Source: Macrostomum lignano
Taxonomy: Eukaryota
Assembly (NCBI GenBank): GCA_002269645.1
Contig: NIVC01001533.1
Coordinates: 1-64,000, forward strand
Length of the DNA stretch: 64,000 bases
Direction: 5' to 3'
Part shown: positions 61,721-64,000 of the stretch, one piece after another
Layout of the letters: every line of letters begins with the position of its first letter
Numbering within the stretch: position 1 is the first letter of the stretch
Position numbers and translations under genes: made by a program
Notes under the pieces: model-generated
What the model was told of the DNA's origin: nothing
Database searches by the model: none
Seen by the model: only the letters and a program-made list of their open reading frames with translations

Positions 61721-63079
61721 CACTTTTCTGTTTGATATCGTGCTTCTTTTATGTTTAGCATTTTGTGTTTTTAGGGTGTTTTAATAAAAAAATCTTTTTT
61801 GCACTACTAAAATTTGAACCTAGGTTGCTACATTAGCAGCCTAGTCTGTTTGCCTCTAGGCTATCTCTTTTCAATTGGAGAACATGAACTGTTGCCTTTA
61901 TACTTCAATTCTAATAGCAAGTCAGTTAGAGTAAAAAGTTATGATACAATGAATTTCTTAGTCAGCTAGTATCAATCTCAATTCAAGTTAGCAATATTGG
62001 TTATGCAATTTAAATCAAGTCTTGTGTGCATTTCTTTGGCACTGTTTTCAACTTGTTATGGTGCTATCTTTATTAGAATTAAAATTCAATCAGTTAGGTT
62101 TTTCTCTAACATTCTTACAATTGCATTTCAAGTCAAAAAAATTGCTTTAACTTTGCAAAAAAGCATGTTTTTCAAATATTTAATCTCTTTAACATCGAGC
62201 AATTTCTTAGCCAAGATACATACAAGATTCTTAGCCAGGAAAATTTCTGATTGAATGGTACAAGTTTGAAAAAAATCAGTTGAGCCAATTTATATTAGTA
62301 TATGTCCTATATAACAAATTATACCAAATCACATATACACATATGTGCTTTTTTACATTATTCTCCATTTTCCATTCTCCATATACTAAAAATGGTCTCT
62401 CTGTGTCTATCCATGCAATCAATTAGAGAAAAAATGGCTCAACCAATTTTTTTCGAACTTGCACCATTCGATCAGAAATTTTTCCGTGATAGTACATGCA
62501 TCGTTGCTAAGAAATTGCTCAATGCTAAAGGGATTACATATTTGAAAAACATGCTTTTTTACAAAGGTAAAGCAGCTCTTTCAACTTAAAATGCATTGTA
62601 AGAATGCTAGCAAAAAAACTGACTGGTTGAATTCTGATTCTGAAATAGATTGCATCACAAAATGCTTTTTAATTCTTATCTGTGTACTGACTGAATTTTG
62701 TGTACTGACTGAATTTTGATACTGAATTGAATTGCATCACAAAATGCAGTGTGGAAGAATAGCACAAGACTTGATTTATATTGCGTAACCACATTGCCAA
62801 CTTCAATAGAGTCTGGTACTGACTTGCCTAAGAAATTGATTATGTCATAACTGCTTTTGTCATATGTCATGACTTAATTGATTTGGTGTGAGTGTTAAAT
62901 TATAAGTGCTACAAATTCATTTATAAATTCAATGAGAGCTAGCCTAGATGTGAACACACTGAGACTACTAATGCAACAACCTAGGTTCAAATCTTAGCAG
63001 TGTAAAAAAGTAGTAAAAGTATAAATAAATAAATGCAGCATACATTTTTATTGAAAGCTTTTATTAAAGGACTAATAAA

Positions 63080-63380
63080 AAACATCTGGATTATGGCGCT
63101 TGATAAACCAATGAGTATTGCACTTGATAAGCCAAGGATTTTTGCATTTGATAAACCAAGGATTATTGCACTTGATAAACCAAGGAATACTGCACTTGAT
63201 AAGCCATGGATTATTGCACTTTGATAATAAGGAATATTGCACTAGATAAACCAAACAATATTGCACTTGCTAATCTAAGGATTATTGCACTAGATTAGAA
63301 AGGGCTATTGCAGTAACTGTGACATCGATTTTTGGACTTGATGAGTAAAGGATTATTGCACTAGATGAGAAAATGATTAT
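63080..63380. repeat. Degenerate 24-bp minisatellite ATTATTGCACTTGATAAACCAAGG
   Basis: Recurrent TTGCACT(T/A)GATAA motif. Confidence 0.8.
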
Positions 63381-64000
63381 TTCACTAGCTGAAAAGCTGA
63401 TTATTGTGCTGTCTAAAAAGAGATTATTGTGGTAGCTGAGATGTAGATTGTTGCACAACCCAAGAAAATGATTATTGCATGAGTGGGGCACTAACTATTT
63501 GCTATCTGGTAGATACTTGCTATTTGGAGGGATGCTTGTTATTTGCCAAATGCTTTGTATCTGTAGATGCTTCTATCTAGGGGATGCTTGCTATTTGCAG
63601 GATGCTTGCTATCTGGGTAGATGTTTGCTACGAGTATTGGGAGATGCTTGCTAACTATGGTTGCTTTTTTGGAGAGGGGTATTTGCTATATAGTGGGATG
63701 CTTGCTGTATAGGAATATTTTCTATTTAGAGGGAATGTCTATTGTCTTTGTGAAAGCTATATTTTGTTGTCTGTTTGTTAATTTTGGAAAAAAGAGATTC
63801 ATTGTAAATATCATTGTCCGTGACAATTTTACATGAAAAAGGTGATTTTTAAAACTGAAAAAAAGAAAATGTGCTGTTTTAATTGTTTTCTATTATCTAT
63901 CTAGGGGGTGCCCAATAAGCAAATAAGCAAAGGGGGCACCCCAAAGGCCATCAAAGCTTGGATGGTGGGGTGCCACCAACTGGAGTCCACTGGGCCGACT

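Larger units (their letters stand above)
59880..63945. mobile_element. Old foldback-like structure with long diverged inverted arms
   Basis: Blocks at about 61000-61400, 61795-62110 and 59880-59930 match, in inverted order, blocks at about 63480-63900, 62690-63020 and 63900-63945. Confidence 0.55.

Overview
Repeat-rich animal (invertebrate) genomic DNA with GT-AG introns. The style (GC-rich exons, a private minisatellite in most introns, dense SINEs/MITEs) suggests a flatworm such as Macrostomum, but this is inference only. Genes reconstructed by eye from splice sites and phase: a DEG/ENaC channel (-, 3476-6087), an orphan 7-exon coiled-coil gene (+, 8352-15864), a receptor guanylyl cyclase (-, 17677-36064), a head-to-head pair of VWA + alpha-kinase paralogues (-, 38132-40900 and +, 42270-44026), a small ORF of uncertain identity (-, 48087-48434), a VRK-family kinase (-, 49598-51570) and mitochondrial glutamate dehydrogenase (-, 53840-58181). 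The most striking observation is the alpha-kinase pair. One member keeps all MIDAS and catalytic motifs. Its divergently transcribed partner is colinear, shares an unrecognised N-terminal module and the same intron position, but has lost the MIDAS and both catalytic aspartates, and carries a 29-aa G/S/Y/R/D repeat array inside the kinase fold. Mobile DNA includes a young TRIM-like LTR element with PBS and TSD, a 45-bp hairpin insertion with an 8-bp TSD, a three-hairpin element, six copies of a tRNA/CORE-like SINE, several hAT-type MITEs, piggyBac and Tc1 remnants, and an old CpG-depleted foldback structure at the right end. All alignments and counts are by eye; no searches were run.
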